Positions 51,781 through 64,000 of a stretch of DNA of 64,000 nucleotides are shown one piece after another. The position numbers and the translations under genes were made by a program. The notes under the pieces were generated by a model. The model did not search any database. It was not told the origin of the DNA and saw nothing but the letters and a program-made list of their open reading frames with translations. Position 1 is the first letter of the stretch. Each line of letters opens with the position of its first letter. The DNA lies in the NCBI GenBank assembly GCA_001938485.1, contig MQRK01207056.1, positions 1-64,000 of the forward strand, written 5' to 3'. Source of the stretch: Girardia tigrina. Lineage: Eukaryota.

Positions 51781-52138
51781 TAGTGATTAAACTGACAGAA
51801 ATAGTTTTCCTGATCACCTTCTGAAACCATAGAAAAAGGGTTCCCATTTTAGAATTCTTTCTTTTTGTGATTCCCTTTGGCATCATTCACATCAAATTTG
51901 AAAAGATTGAACATTTAAGAGTCAACGAATATTCTGTTGAGTTATGAAACATTCATTCACTAAGATTTACTTTATTAGCACAATGTAATAGCTTGTCTTA
52001 TATACTTACAGCTTTTCTTAATATCCATCCTTTGGCTATGAATCTCCAGACCAAAATCTTGGCATCTAAGAAGACTAATAAACTTACCTTAGTTACTGTA
52101 AACTTAAAATAAATTGTTATTATTACACCGTTCAGTTG

Positions 52139-52175
<37 letters not shown>

Positions 52176-52178
<3 letters not shown>

Positions 52179-53219
52179 TCAGGTGCAAAAGTTTGTGAAC
52201 GCTTGTTGTTAAATTATCTTTTGCACCCAACTGCAATTACATTGACTAAAGCACAACAAAATACAAAGATTTTATTAGAACATTATAATAAGACACAAAT
52301 TTATCAAAACTTGTCATAACTGGTACATAAACACACGAAAAACCAGTTTATATTTAGTATTTTGTGTGTTTACCCTTATTTTTGAGAACAGAACGAATTC
52401 GGTCAGCATCGAACAGCATATTTTTTTACAATAGTCAGGTGACACTTTTTGAGTCCAAACAGTTTTCACTGCTTTCATCATGTCCTGTAGGTGCATGGCA
52501 GCAACATGTTTCTTCACCTGGGTCCAGACATTCTCAATCGGATTGAGATCCGGTGAGTTGCTGGCCAAGGACATTACCAGAGGTGTTAGGAATCAGTGAT
52601 ATGGTTGTCTCGTCACTAAATAGCACGCAGTCCAATGCTCATAACGCTTGCAGAAGTCAACACTATTTGAAATATTTTTTGCAGATAGCAGTGGTTTTTT
52701 GACTGGCTTAGAGGACCTGAAACCTCCATCAGCTAATCTGCGACGGATTAACCATTTGCTGACGGTTTGCAAGTGCTGGGACAGCCTACTGTGAAGTTAC
52801 ACTGATGTAACATGTGGGTTTCTTTTAGCCTCCTGAAAAATTTTTCTGTCATCTCTTTGACTGGTTGACCTTGGACGACCAGATCGAGATCTTGAAGATA
52901 AGGAACCAGTCTCCCTTTTTCTCTGAACAGTCTGACACAAAACTCCAAGAGAAACATTAATAGTTGTGGCTATTTGTTGATAAGAAACGCCGTGCTTCAG
53001 CAATTCCAAAACTGCTGCACGCTTTTCTGTTGTTAGCTCCTTGCCGCGGACAGGCATGATTCTAAAATATATAATGACAATTTATAACTTGAAAAGTAAT
53101 AAAAATAAAATAAGCATTTAATCATTCAAATGGTTTAGGTATACTTAACAAGGAATACACAAACATGCAGTGCAACAACAAAAAGCAGTAGAAACAAGCG
53201 TTCACAAACTTTTGCACCT

Positions 53220-53224
<5 letters not shown>
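52176..53224 (-). mobile_element. Internally deleted Tc1 element inserted in (TA)n
   Basis: TIRs CAGTCAGGTGCAAAAGTTTGTGAACGCTTGTT; HTH with RSGRPR (52797 ORF), SPDLNPIENVW. Confidence 0.92.
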
Positions 53225-53265
<41 letters not shown>

Positions 53266-55169
53266 ATATGTGTGTGTGGTCTTCAAAGAAATCCTTTGCT
53301 TTCGCCAGTAAAATAAGAAATTCTTTGAACAAAAATTCATGAATGTTTCCAATGACCACAGATTATATTTATTTTTCTAGATAGGAAATAATTTTAATTT
53401 AGTTATAAGATATAATTTTCCTTTGCGGTATGAAAATCAGTCTAAGACTCGACAGAATCCTTTGTTACAAGGTTCATTGTTTTTTTTATGATTCTAAAAA
53501 AGAAAGAACACATTATAAAACAATAAAAAGATATTTTATTTATATATAAATGGTTATATGATGATGGTAAATGTATACGTAATAAAAAGGTCACTGTAAC
53601 GCAATTATGAGATATAATGAAAATATAAAAACTTACACAAAAGTCGATCGTTTACATAAAGGAAATATGCGACATATTTCAGGGACATGAATCAACAATC
53701 ACATATAACCGTTTGATATGTTTATGCAAATATTTATTATACTTAATAAACAATTTGTCAATTCAACGAATATTCTACACAGATTTACATCGTTCCCATG
53801 AATAAAAAAATATTATAACATTAAAGTTAATATTTTTTATACTTTAACAATGTTTTATAAATAATAAAATGATACTTTTAAGAAATATTATCTGTTTTAC
53901 ATAATTTGTATAAAAAATATAATTTTATATATATATACACACATATATATATATATATATATATTTATTATATATAATACTAATATGAGTTAACATTTGT
54001 GAAGTATTAAAGGTGTAAGTAGTATATATATATATACAATTTAACCCTTTATAAGTTCTATAGATGTCACATTTTCAGGGCATAAATAAACTAAAATTTT
54101 TAAGCTTTTGATTTTTTAAAAATAAAAATTTTACATAGAATTACATTCGTTTTAAATATATATATATATATATATATATTCATCGTTAGAATCTGATTTA
54201 TTCTTTTATTATATTGTATTTTTGTTATTACATCCTTCATCTTCTCCCAAGACAATTTAAATCAACATTTAAATTGACAAATTATTATTGGATGATAATC
54301 TTTGATAATTTTTATTTCTATCATTTCGCTTTTCCTTGCTTGTATTTATAATACTATTATAAATAAGTAATATGATTAAATGAAAATAATAAAATAAAGT
54401 TTTGGATTCATTCATTTTTATATACATATAAAAAGCATAAGAAGACAAAAACATTAGTAAAATTTTATTTTAAAAATAAAAAATTATAATTTACTTTTAT
54501 ACCGGTAATTTTATATACTTCTGACAGCATCTAATTACTGCATGCATCTATTGCATTTGCGCAATTTGACATATTGTGCAATATTATTTGGGTTGATGTG
54601 ATATCATCGCACAACTCTTGCGCAATCGGGGAAGTAAAGTTGTTACTTTTCCTAAATAAATTTTAAAATTAAAAGTAAATTAAAATAAAACAATAATTTA
54701 CATTTAAATTCGGATGAACTTTGTTTATTAAAAGAAGAAAGACGTTCAATTTTATTCGAACATAAACTCATTCGAGTCACGTAAGCAGTATTTGTGTCGG
54801 TATTATTGAGAGAGAAATCTATTTGGTGTGTGAGGTAGTGAGCTAGAGAGAGAGTGCCTGTAATGAGCCGAATGAAAAGAAAAATGATCTAACTCAGTCT
54901 GATAGGCTATCTAATCAGGGTGAGTTACTAACTTGTGAAACAATATATGTTATTTCACTTTTTGATTTTTTTTGGAACGAATATTCGCCATGTCTAATAT
55001 TTTTTGTACCTCAATTTATTTTTTAGGATCGATTAAAAAAAATGTACGAAATTGTAACTTTTCGATTTATGAATAATTTGTTTCTGATAAAGTTTTCGCG
55101 AATGAATTATTTGTTTCTGACAGTTTTCTCGATATAATCATTTGCTACTGAAAAAGTTTTCTCATAATA

Positions 55170-56362
55170 CAGTAGAACTCGGTTATGTCGAAAAAAATTT
55201 GAAGTCCCTTTAAAAATCTCATAAGATACGTGTTAAATATTTCGGTCTAACTCGGAATCGTTTAAGTCGGAGAAAAATTTCAGTACGAATTACGTAAAAT
55301 ATGGTTTAAGTCGGATTTATTTTGTTTTGATATTTTAAAAAAACACGTTTATTCAATTAAACAGTTTAAAATAAAAGAAGTTTATTTTGGCTATTCTGAA
55401 TTAAATGCTTCGGAACAATGTCAAAACCTCCAGTAAAGAAACGTAAACTTTTGACAATGACTTGCTGAAAAACTGGAGATTTTCAAGTTCATTGAGGACA
55501 ATCCCCAAATGAAGCAACAGCTCGTTGCAGAACATTTTCAAATAAAACCTCACACCCTTAGTGACTTGTTGAAAAAAAGGGAGACAATTGAAGCTAAATG
55601 CAACTCCTCCAAGTTCGTGCTACAACGGACTGGCAATCGAAAATTAGAAATACTTGATGTGGATCACGCCTTGATTTTTTGGTTTAGAGAAATGTCATCC
55701 AAACCGGATATCGTTTTAAATGGTAAAATCATGCAGATGAAAGCAAATGAATTTTCAAAGATGGTACATGACAATGTCGATATCTCCAATTACTTCCGAC
55801 TCTCACATTTGCATAATATGCAGATATTGATGTTGCTGCTGACGCTTGCCAGTCGTTGTCAGATTCCGAAATTTTGGATATTGTCTATCAGTCTAATGAG
55901 GTTAATGAGGACGATGCAAAAGAGGTGGAGGAAATAGATGACTCCATTGAAACCAAAGTGGCAATGGCTGAAGTAATCAATGAGATCTCAACACTGCGTT
56001 GTTTTTATTTGGCTGAAATTGGAAATCCCGATTCCTGCTATACGACATTTGAAAAGATTGAAAACGCTATTTTTCAAAAAAGTATTTTGTGCGGCATACA
56101 AACAGAAATTACGGATTTTTTCATAAAACAATGATTTTAATTTTAACTGTTATCTTATTTCTGTATTTATCACTTCTAATAGTAATCCTGTTGCATATGT
56201 CAAAATTTTAAATGAAAATCGTATATTTTCAAGGCTTTCAAATAACCGTTTTTAACATTTATTATAGATATATTTTTTTCAAATTGAGTAAATCGGGTTA
56301 TTATGGTTTAAGTCGGATAAATTTTGCTGGCGCGATGAATTTGACTTAACCGAATTCTACTG
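55170..56362 (+). mobile_element. pogo/Tigger element with the DDE domain deleted
   Basis: TIRs CAGTAGAACTCGGTTA / TAACCGAATTCTACTG, TA TSDs; Psq and CENP-B HTH (KRKLLT...EKLEI, VDHALIFWF), acidic tail ending QTEITDFF. Confidence 0.9.
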
Positions 56363-56939
56363 TAATTTAATTGAGACAAAATTTTTCATTTGATGATATT
56401 TTGAAAAAAATTGAGACGATATTTTGTAATGAAACAATTTTTGATATTGATCTGGGCAGTGTTTTCGCTATCAATGAGCCGACCCGTGAGTTATCGACCA
56501 GTCGGAGTAATGTCGGGAAATGTTTGTCGGAAAGTGCTCGATGAATTCGGTCGGGTATAAAGCATGATGAGTTTGTTGAAAGAGCGATCAGGATCGTTTG
56601 TTGTGGGTTTCCCATCGCCGAAGGTGAACTTCAGATCTCACTTCTGACAACATTTGTTGTGGCTTGAATATAGTCCGTTTCTCAGACAGTCGCAATTAAT
56701 TTAAAAGAAAAACAAAAAATCACTAAGAACCATCCGTTAATAAAATTCATTAAAAATTGAATTTATTTAATCACGATTTTATTTTTGTTTATTCAAACAA
56801 TTTTTTTTCTTTTTTTTTATCTTAATAATTTTATTTTCCAAATTAATTTTTTTAAACTATTTATGCAAGAACAATAAGATTTGGCAGAAACACGACTAAA
56901 ACTTATTTTTATTACTGTTTTCTTTTAATTTAATAAAAC

Positions 56940-57570
56940 TGTTGTCCATCAAGACGAGAAAACCGTAAGAAAAGTATTTTTAGACAAATGAGTTTAGAAA
57001 TTCGGACACCAAAAGAAATCCATGTCGATAGAGGAAAAACATTCGAATCAGCACTTTTTAAAGACACAATGAATAAGTTTAAAGCTGAAATAGTGTATTC
57101 CAGCGCCTACTACCACAATACCAACGGAATCGTGAAGCGAAAATTCAGAACAATTAGAGATGCCATAAATATACGAATGAAGGAGGAAACTCACAAAGAC
57201 TGGACGGACATTTTGCCAGAGGTAGAATTTCTGTTAAAAAGCACAATTCAAGCTACTATAGGTGTCTCCCCAGCAGAAATAATATTTGGCAGGAAGTTAA
57301 GACATTGGAGGAAAAATACCAAGGAAGAAAAGGTCAGGAAAGAAAAGAGCAAAAATGTAGTAGAGACAAATCGAACTTTTCAAGATGGTGACAAGGTGTT
57401 CATAAAGAGAGAAAACATAACAAAAGAAGAAGATCGATATATATGTCGGGCAACAATAAAGAACCTTAAACACGAAAGAAGTTATGAATTGGAATTAGAT
57501 GGTAGAATTTCGATAAGGAATGAAGAAGTCTAAAGCCATTTAAATCAAGGGGATGTGAGGAATATTTCAT
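56940..57570 (+). mobile_element. Gypsy integrase C-terminal fragment with PPT and LTR start
   Basis: PKEIHVDRGKTFES, YHNTNGIV, TIGVSPAEIIFGR; AAGGGGA followed by TGTGAGGAATAT. Confidence 0.85.
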
Positions 57571-57589
57571 GGAATATTTCAAAGAATAG

Positions 57590-58140
57590 ATCATGGGATT
57601 CTCAGAAGAAAGAAGAGTCTTGCTGGTGACAGCATTCATGACTCCGGAACCAATAAAAAAATAAGAAAATGCATAGGGAGATGCATGGGAAACAAAAATG
57701 AAATCTGCATTCACCAGAGAAAAGAACATTCTGGAGATAATGAGGGAACTTGTTGAAATAAAAGAACAACACGGTCATCGTTATGTATTAGGCATTATCG
57801 ACTACTTCTCAAAATATCTGTCTTTAATTCCTATTAAGAAAAGAAAAGTCCTCTAGGGATCAATGAATCTCTAAATATCGAAAACCAGAAAAGATTCATT
57901 CAGATAATGCCTCGTATTTTACGTCAACGGAATTTCGATGATTTTAACCACAACCAACAATGATCGCACAACAAGATTAATAAGTGATTATGTGATTTGG
58001 CTTAAACGAGAACATGAAAAACTAAACAAATTGATAATAGACAAAATGAAAACAGGTTGGGGTTACTCAGCTGAAATATATATATATATANNNNNNNNNN
58101 NNNNNNNNNNNNNNNNNNNNNNNNNNNNNNNNNNNNNNNN

Positions 58141-58197
<57 letters not shown>

Positions 58198-58660
58198 AAC
58201 ACATGGTATAAGCAATTAAGTATCGGAGACAAAGTACTGTTTAAAGAAAACGGAGAGAGAAGATTGGGTAAACCAATATACAGTGGACCATATACAATAC
58301 AAAAGATTTTAAATAAGTATACTTATATTCTTCAAGATAAAACATCGCAGAAAGTAATTAGAAGAAATTATAATCAGTTAAAAACGTACAACGGGGAATT
58401 AAACGCACCAATAGATTATGAATCAAGTACGTCATTTATATCCAGGAAAGAATCAATTGTCAGAAAGACGAGATACCCGATTAGAAGCACCAGGAATCCA
58501 TCACCAAAATATCGTTGATTTCCAAAGGGGATGTTATATTATCATTTATGATAATTATTAAAAAATGAATAAAAAATAGAAATTATTAAAAAATAGAATT
58601 TATATGTTGTTTAAATATTACTATTTAAACATTGTTTTTTTACTATAACATACACGAAAT
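57590..58660 (+). mobile_element. Second Gypsy-family integrase remnant with PPT and probable LTR
   Basis: YVLGIIDYFSKY, KPEKIHSDNASYF, YSGPYTI; AAAGGGGA then TGTTATA...TATAACA. Confidence 0.7.
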
Positions 58661-58989
58661 CGGTGACAAATAATCAAATCCATCTTTCTCTACCCTTTCA
58701 TTCCACCTAAATTCTTTCACGTAATTGTTTAATAATTCTTTTATAATTTCTCTCATTCTTTTGAATTTAGCTGTATTTTTATTTCCATATAATTAAATTG
58801 TTTGAGTATCATTCCGTGTTTGTGGATCAATAATTAAAAATTGATTTTTATGAAGTTAAAAGGTTTTCCCAATAATCTGCGTCGATAATGCTATCTGAAC
58901 TTCCAATAGTACTCATAATCGAAGTATTATATTCATAATGATATTATCTCTAGAATTTCGAACGATTCACACGTACCCAAAATTTAACG

Positions 58990-60435
58990 TTGCACTGGTA
59001 TTAATAATTCTAAATAAATTTCTAATAAACAAACACTAATGGAAAAATATAAACAAAGATACTTTTCTTTACTCGAAACATTGTCGGGATGTCCGATCTT
59101 CTTCTTCATTTGGACCTTAGCCGTTGGGCCGTGGATGCATCCAATTATGGACAAGCCTTGATCCACATCTCTCTATTTTTAGTCCTTCTTCTGAAACCTT
59201 CAATGTTCAATGCAATCCATTCTTTTAAGTCGTCTGTCCTTTTTAGTCTTTCTCCTTCCACTCTTCATTTAATCGTAACCTTCGCTAATGCTTGGTTTTT
59301 TATCTGATGTCCGTAGAATTTCAGCTTCTTTCTCTTGATAGTCTCTTCTATTGATGTCATTCTTTAACCTAGTATTTCTGTTCTTATCCTCCAAACAAAG
59401 TAGTTGGTCTTCTTATCTTTCCACGTGATCTTCAGCATTCTCATGTAGCACTTCAAACGCTTTAAGTCTATCCATGCAATTCTGATTTGTTGTCCGATTC
59501 TCGCATCCATAGAAGAGTGTTGCCAAGAAAATAGACTTAGTGATCTTTATTCTGCTCTTGAGATTGATTTATTTGAGGTTAAAAATGTGCTAAGCTTAAT
59601 CATTGCGCTTTTTACAATAACAATCCGACTTTTTATTTCTTCTTCGGCTACTCCATTCTCTGTAATAGTAGAGCCTAAGTATTTGACACTCTTGACTTGT
59701 TCAAGCTTCTCTGCTTAAATGTCAATCTCCAGTCCTTGTAACGGCTTCCTGAAACTATTATTTTGCTTTTTTTCTGTTGATTTCTATTCAAAATTTCTTT
59801 GACACTGCACAATCCATTCGTAAGTTCCTGAATCTCTGCCAATCTTTACCAATTAATACAATGTTGCCAGCAAATCGTAGGCTGGTTATTTCTGTTCCTC
59901 TACAGCTTATTCCGAAATCGTTTAGATCGTTTATTGTTTTCATTACAATTCTTTCAAGGAAAACATTGAACAATGTTGGTGAAAGAATGCAAATTTTTTC
60001 TTACTCCTACTGATGATTAAAAACTGATTAAACCAGTCGCTCTATTTCTCAGTTGTCAATACTTTTGTCTTTGCATCTTTATAAAGGCTTTTAATAATTT
60101 TCATAATATGTTTTTCATATTTATTCATACTGCTTCGTGCCACACTATGTCAAAAGCTTTTTTAAATCTATAAAGTTATGACGAGTAGTTCTTTTGTGGT
60201 TTCTGTGTTTTCACAAATCAGTCTTAGGTTCGTTATCTGCTCCGTATTGCTGCAGTTCCTTCTGAAGGCTGTCTGCATCTCGCAGAGTTTTCGCTCCACT
60301 TTCCGTGTGATTCTTCTTTGTAACACTTTCAACATAAATTTTGATGCGTAACTGATCAAACTAATTGTTCTAAAGTCGCTGCACTTTTTACTATTTGCTT
60401 TCTTCGGTATAGGAATGAAGATGGATTCAGCCCTT
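58990..60435 (-). mobile_element. 5'-truncated decayed RTE-clade LINE
   Basis: IPIPKK..DFRTISLISYASK, KAFD, LSPTLFN, LRFAGN (FADD remnant), KYLGS, YGCE, LKFYGH. Confidence 0.88.
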
Positions 60436-60951
60436 TGTTAAAAGACGAGGATGGATCAATAAATACTGAAGGATTTTTGACAATAATGAGTTGTTTAATC
60501 TAACTGGATGTGTTTTTAAAAGAGTTACAATTATAACGTACTTACTGAACTGATTGTTTGGGCACATAAATTATATAAATGAGTATGGTTTGATGAAAGT
60601 TTAATGTAAGTTAGAAAAATAAATTGATTAAAAAAAGAGTAAAAAATAATTAATTTAAAGTAATGAAAAAAATAAAAAAGGAAATACCGCAACGTTAATA
60701 AATAATGATTCAAAAGAAAATACGTTGCGGTACTTTAGTGAATGATCTTAGGTCATTGATCTGGATCTTATAATGTAAAATATTTCAGTAATAGAATTTT
60801 TCTCACAAAATTTATTATAAAATAAATAATAATTATTTATATAATATCCAATTAAATTTCAAAGAAATAAAATATTTTTTTCCCATATTATCATATAAAC
60901 ATTATTATTTTTTTATTTATCATACAACAAATATTATATAAAACATCTTTG

Positions 60952-61776
60952 ATGAAATCGAAAAAAATGAGTAAATTTAATACAAAAGTAAAATTGACTG
61001 AGGAAGATCAAAGACGATTAATACAAAGAATAGACAAAGGAGACAATTGGAAAGATATCGCTTTAGACTTTAATATAAGTGTAAATCTTCTTTATTATTA
61101 CAATGGTAAAAAGAAAGCTATTCTCAAAAAACTCGATCAAAATAACAACTCAGATGCAGTCGAATCTTCAAACAATCGCATCGATTCTCACAACAATCTT
61201 CCATCAAATCGACTTCATCCTCAAACATCTCTTTTAAACAGCCACACTCAAACAATCGATCATTCTTCTACTTCTAAACCTTCTTCTTCTCACAATCAAC
61301 ACTCTCTTGTACCTTATCAAAAAACATTTCAAATACAAATTAATAAAGTCGACAATTCGAATTTTTCAGAGAACACAAATAATAAAAATAATAATGTTAA
61401 GATTGATCAAGGTGATAGTGACGAGGAAAAGGTAAATGTTAAAATAATAACGAACAAACGAAAAAGAAAAGCGAAAGTGAATGAAGAAGAAAGTGTAAAT
61501 AAAAGACCAAAAGTAAATGACGAAATAATCGACGATGTCGAAAATGAAAAGAATGCAGAAATGATTTTCGATGAAAGAATTCACTTGCGAGAGTTTGAGA
61601 TTATTGAACGATTATATATGAAATTGTTCAAAGAATCTCAGAATATTCTTCAAACAAAAGTCGAATGTGAAGAAACAAAAGAATTTCTTCGTCGAACATT
61701 CTCGAGCGAATATTTCAAAGAAATTGAGAAAAGATATTTCGAGTTAAAGAATCATTTTTTGAGTAAAAATAAATAA
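60952..61776 (+). CDS. Intact single-exon ORF: Psq/CENP-B-N-type HTH, low-complexity linker, NLS-like motifs, helical C-terminus
   Basis: KLTEEDQRRLIQRIDKG...KDIALDFNISVNLL; KRKRK and KRPK; about 274 stop-free codons in AT-rich DNA. Confidence 0.6.
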   Translation: MKSKKMSKFNTKVKLTEEDQRRLIQRIDKGDNWKDIALDFNISVNLLYYYNGKKKAILKKLDQNNNSDAVESSNNRIDSHNNLPSNRLHPQTSLLNSHTQTIDHSSTSKPSSSHNQHSLVPYQKTFQIQINKVDNSNFSENTNNKNNNVKIDQGDSDEEKVNVKIITNKRKRKAKVNEEESVNKRPKVNDEIIDDVENEKNAEMIFDERIHLREFEIIERLYMKLFKESQNILQTKVECEETKEFLRRTFSSEYFKEIEKRYFELKNHFLSKNK

Positions 61777-62989
61777 AATTGTATTTGTATTTGTGAACAA
61801 ATTTTTCGTTTATTTAATTAATTTAAATTTATTTTGTTCTTTCTCTCTAAAAAATGATAAATTTGTGTTGATAAACGTTAATTAATTATTCAAATAAATA
61901 AATTAATTAAATATTGTTTTTTTCGCGGTATAAAAATGTATTTTATTTTACCAAACATAATATATTTCTTCATAAAAACAAATAATAATTTAATTTGACC
62001 TTTAAAAACTTTTATTACTAAATTATAATTGTACTGCTGAAAATTTTATTTATACCGGAATCAGCAATCGATGAGGAACTATTCGGTTGTAAATGTTAGT
62101 TTTTTTTGTTATTTTCTCTCATTATTATGCATACTTCTACATGCAAATGTCGAATATTGTGCTGTTGATGAAATTCTATTTGGAATCAATTTAAATGTTT
62201 TGTTCTGATTTTAAAGAAAAATTTTAATCAACAGACAACAATTTATCAATATGCACGATTCTGGAATGTATTTGAAATGTTTTTATACATTTAGTTTAAG
62301 ATTCAACTATTATCTGAAAGGCTTACTTACCGAACCTGGGTAAGGTGGCCAAGTCAAATGATCCTACGGGCCACTTTGAAAAACCATCATAACTCCACAT
62401 CCACAATTACCATTATTTATCTTTATATTAGATTTTAACGCACTATAGATATTTTTTAAAGTTAAAAAATAAAACAATGAGTTATTTTTATTGTGTTTAC
62501 ATATTAACATAACTTATTAACATATTTTACATATTAACAGTTATTTTAATTAATTATAAAAATAATAAAATTAATTTAAAATTATAAAATTAATTATAAT
62601 AAAAGTACATACTAAACTTGAGAGTCTAAATTTAGATTCAGTTAAGATTTAGTTTTAGAATTAGATTTCAATTCTCGTGTTTCTTGAAAGGTGTGAGCAA
62701 ACGCGTACGCATAGGTAAGGATTATGATCCTTATTACATAAGAATAAGTTAAAATGTTTAAAATTTTATTATGTGAACAAACCTAAATAAAAAATATTTT
62801 GTAAATTAAAAAAATCCCCCCTCCTCGAAAAAAATGAATTATTATCTTAATTACATTAAAGTTTTTTAACTGAATAAGAATAAGAATAAATTAAATTGTG
62901 TAGGTTTTAAACTATCCAAAATAATTAATATTTTGCAAATTAAAAAAATCCTCCCGAAAAATAATAATGACAAAGAAAAGTTGATTGCA

Positions 62990-64000
62990 TATTTGTTATT
63001 CGAGAAGATTTTTTAAAATTTGTACCTGTCTGTGATACTTGTGAAACTTCTTTATCTCAAACTGTTATTCGATATCTTAGAGAAATCAGCCTTGATCTCA
63101 ATAACTTGCGAGGTATTGGCTTCGACGGGGCTAGTAATATGATTTAGCAATTTAGTGGTTGTGCAGCGAAAGTGAGAGAAGTACTTCCGAATGCGATATA
63201 CACTGTGTGTGTAAGTACACTAGGTAAACCACTGTTTAAATCTCATTCATGCATTGTTCCTGACATTAGAAATTGTATAGGAACTATGCCCTCAATTATA
63301 ACTTTTATTAGAAAATCTCCAAAACCAGAATATATGTTGCAAAAAATAAGTGAGAAAGTAAATTTTGAATCAAAACTGAAGAATCTGATCAAATTCAGCG
63401 AAACAAGATGGATTGAACACTTAGATGCAACATTATTGTTCGCTGAGTTATATCACATCATAAATGACTCACTAACTGAAATTGAAGAATTTACAGACAG
63501 CGAATCATCAAGTAAAGCATTCACATTTAAATCAATTATAAAAACACCTGTCTTTAAAATTGGGATGTGCATTGCTAATAGTGTATTCTCACTTTCTCGG
63601 GGATTATCTATCTATCTATATATCAAAACAATCTTGCAATCAAAACAAAGCGACTTAAAAACCTGTGTGCAATTGTGTAAAAATTTGGAAACAGAAATTC
63701 AAGAATTACTTTCGAATTTTACTAATATTTTTAAAAATACTGAGAAAATTGCAGAATCATTACGTGCCTGCGAGTTCAAAATTCCTAGACGAAATTCAAA
63801 GCAGACACAGCGATCAAATTTAGAAACTGATAATCCAAAAGAGTATTACAGGATATCACTTTTTCTACCTTTTCTTGAATTTTTACATCTCAAATTCACG
63901 ATAGATTCTTAAAGCAACGAAAAGTTTTGCAAAGCATATAAATTTTTCTTCCTCTAAACATTAAACATGCTGCAGATAACGAAATCCTTCTATCTATAGA
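62990..64000 (+). mobile_element. hAT transposase remnant (ZMYM1/P52rIPK-like), runs off the window
   Basis: REDFLKF, LRGIGFDGASNM, SETRW, LQSK, IPRR...EYYRISLFLPFL. Confidence 0.85.

Noticed and set aside
56367-56690. 82-aa minus-strand ORF beside the Tigger element
   Set aside because: No recognisable motif or resolvable splice structure
37883-58232. IYIYIY-type ORFs
   Set aside because: Translations of (TA)n microsatellites and gaps
1-64000. Alternative genetic code to explain frequent stops
   Set aside because: ABCF2 ends in TGA and transposases end in TAA; internal stops co-occur with frameshifts, as expected for decay or unspliced introns

Overview
Very AT-rich, transposon-dense eukaryotic (animal-like) scaffold with several N gaps. 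The one clearly recognisable host gene is a three-exon ABCF2 on the minus strand (25302-16762). Its conserved exons are strikingly GC/CpG-rich and sit between multi-kb, almost pure A/T, tandem-repeat introns. The rest is mostly decayed mobile DNA: five mariner elements or remnants, two Tc1-type elements, a pogo/Tigger, MULE and hAT remnants, piggyBac/hAT/Harbinger-type MITEs, a DINE-1/Helentron-like element, Gypsy integrase fragments, an RTE-type LINE, and Penelope-like elements with degenerate minimal hammerhead ribozymes. Signals not explained by these: (1) a dispersed cassette present about 7 times, made of a conserved non-coding block, a hypervariable AT spacer bounded by TTATTCGA/TCGAATAA inverted repeats, and a conserved ATG opening a fast-evolving Cys/N-glycosylation-sequon peptide; (2) cryptic genes apparently split by 18-27 nt GT-AG introns; (3) a 21-bp tandem array of RFX X-box-like motifs; (4) an intact orphan ORF with a Psq/CENP-B-type HTH. 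All alignments were done by eye; no database searches were run.
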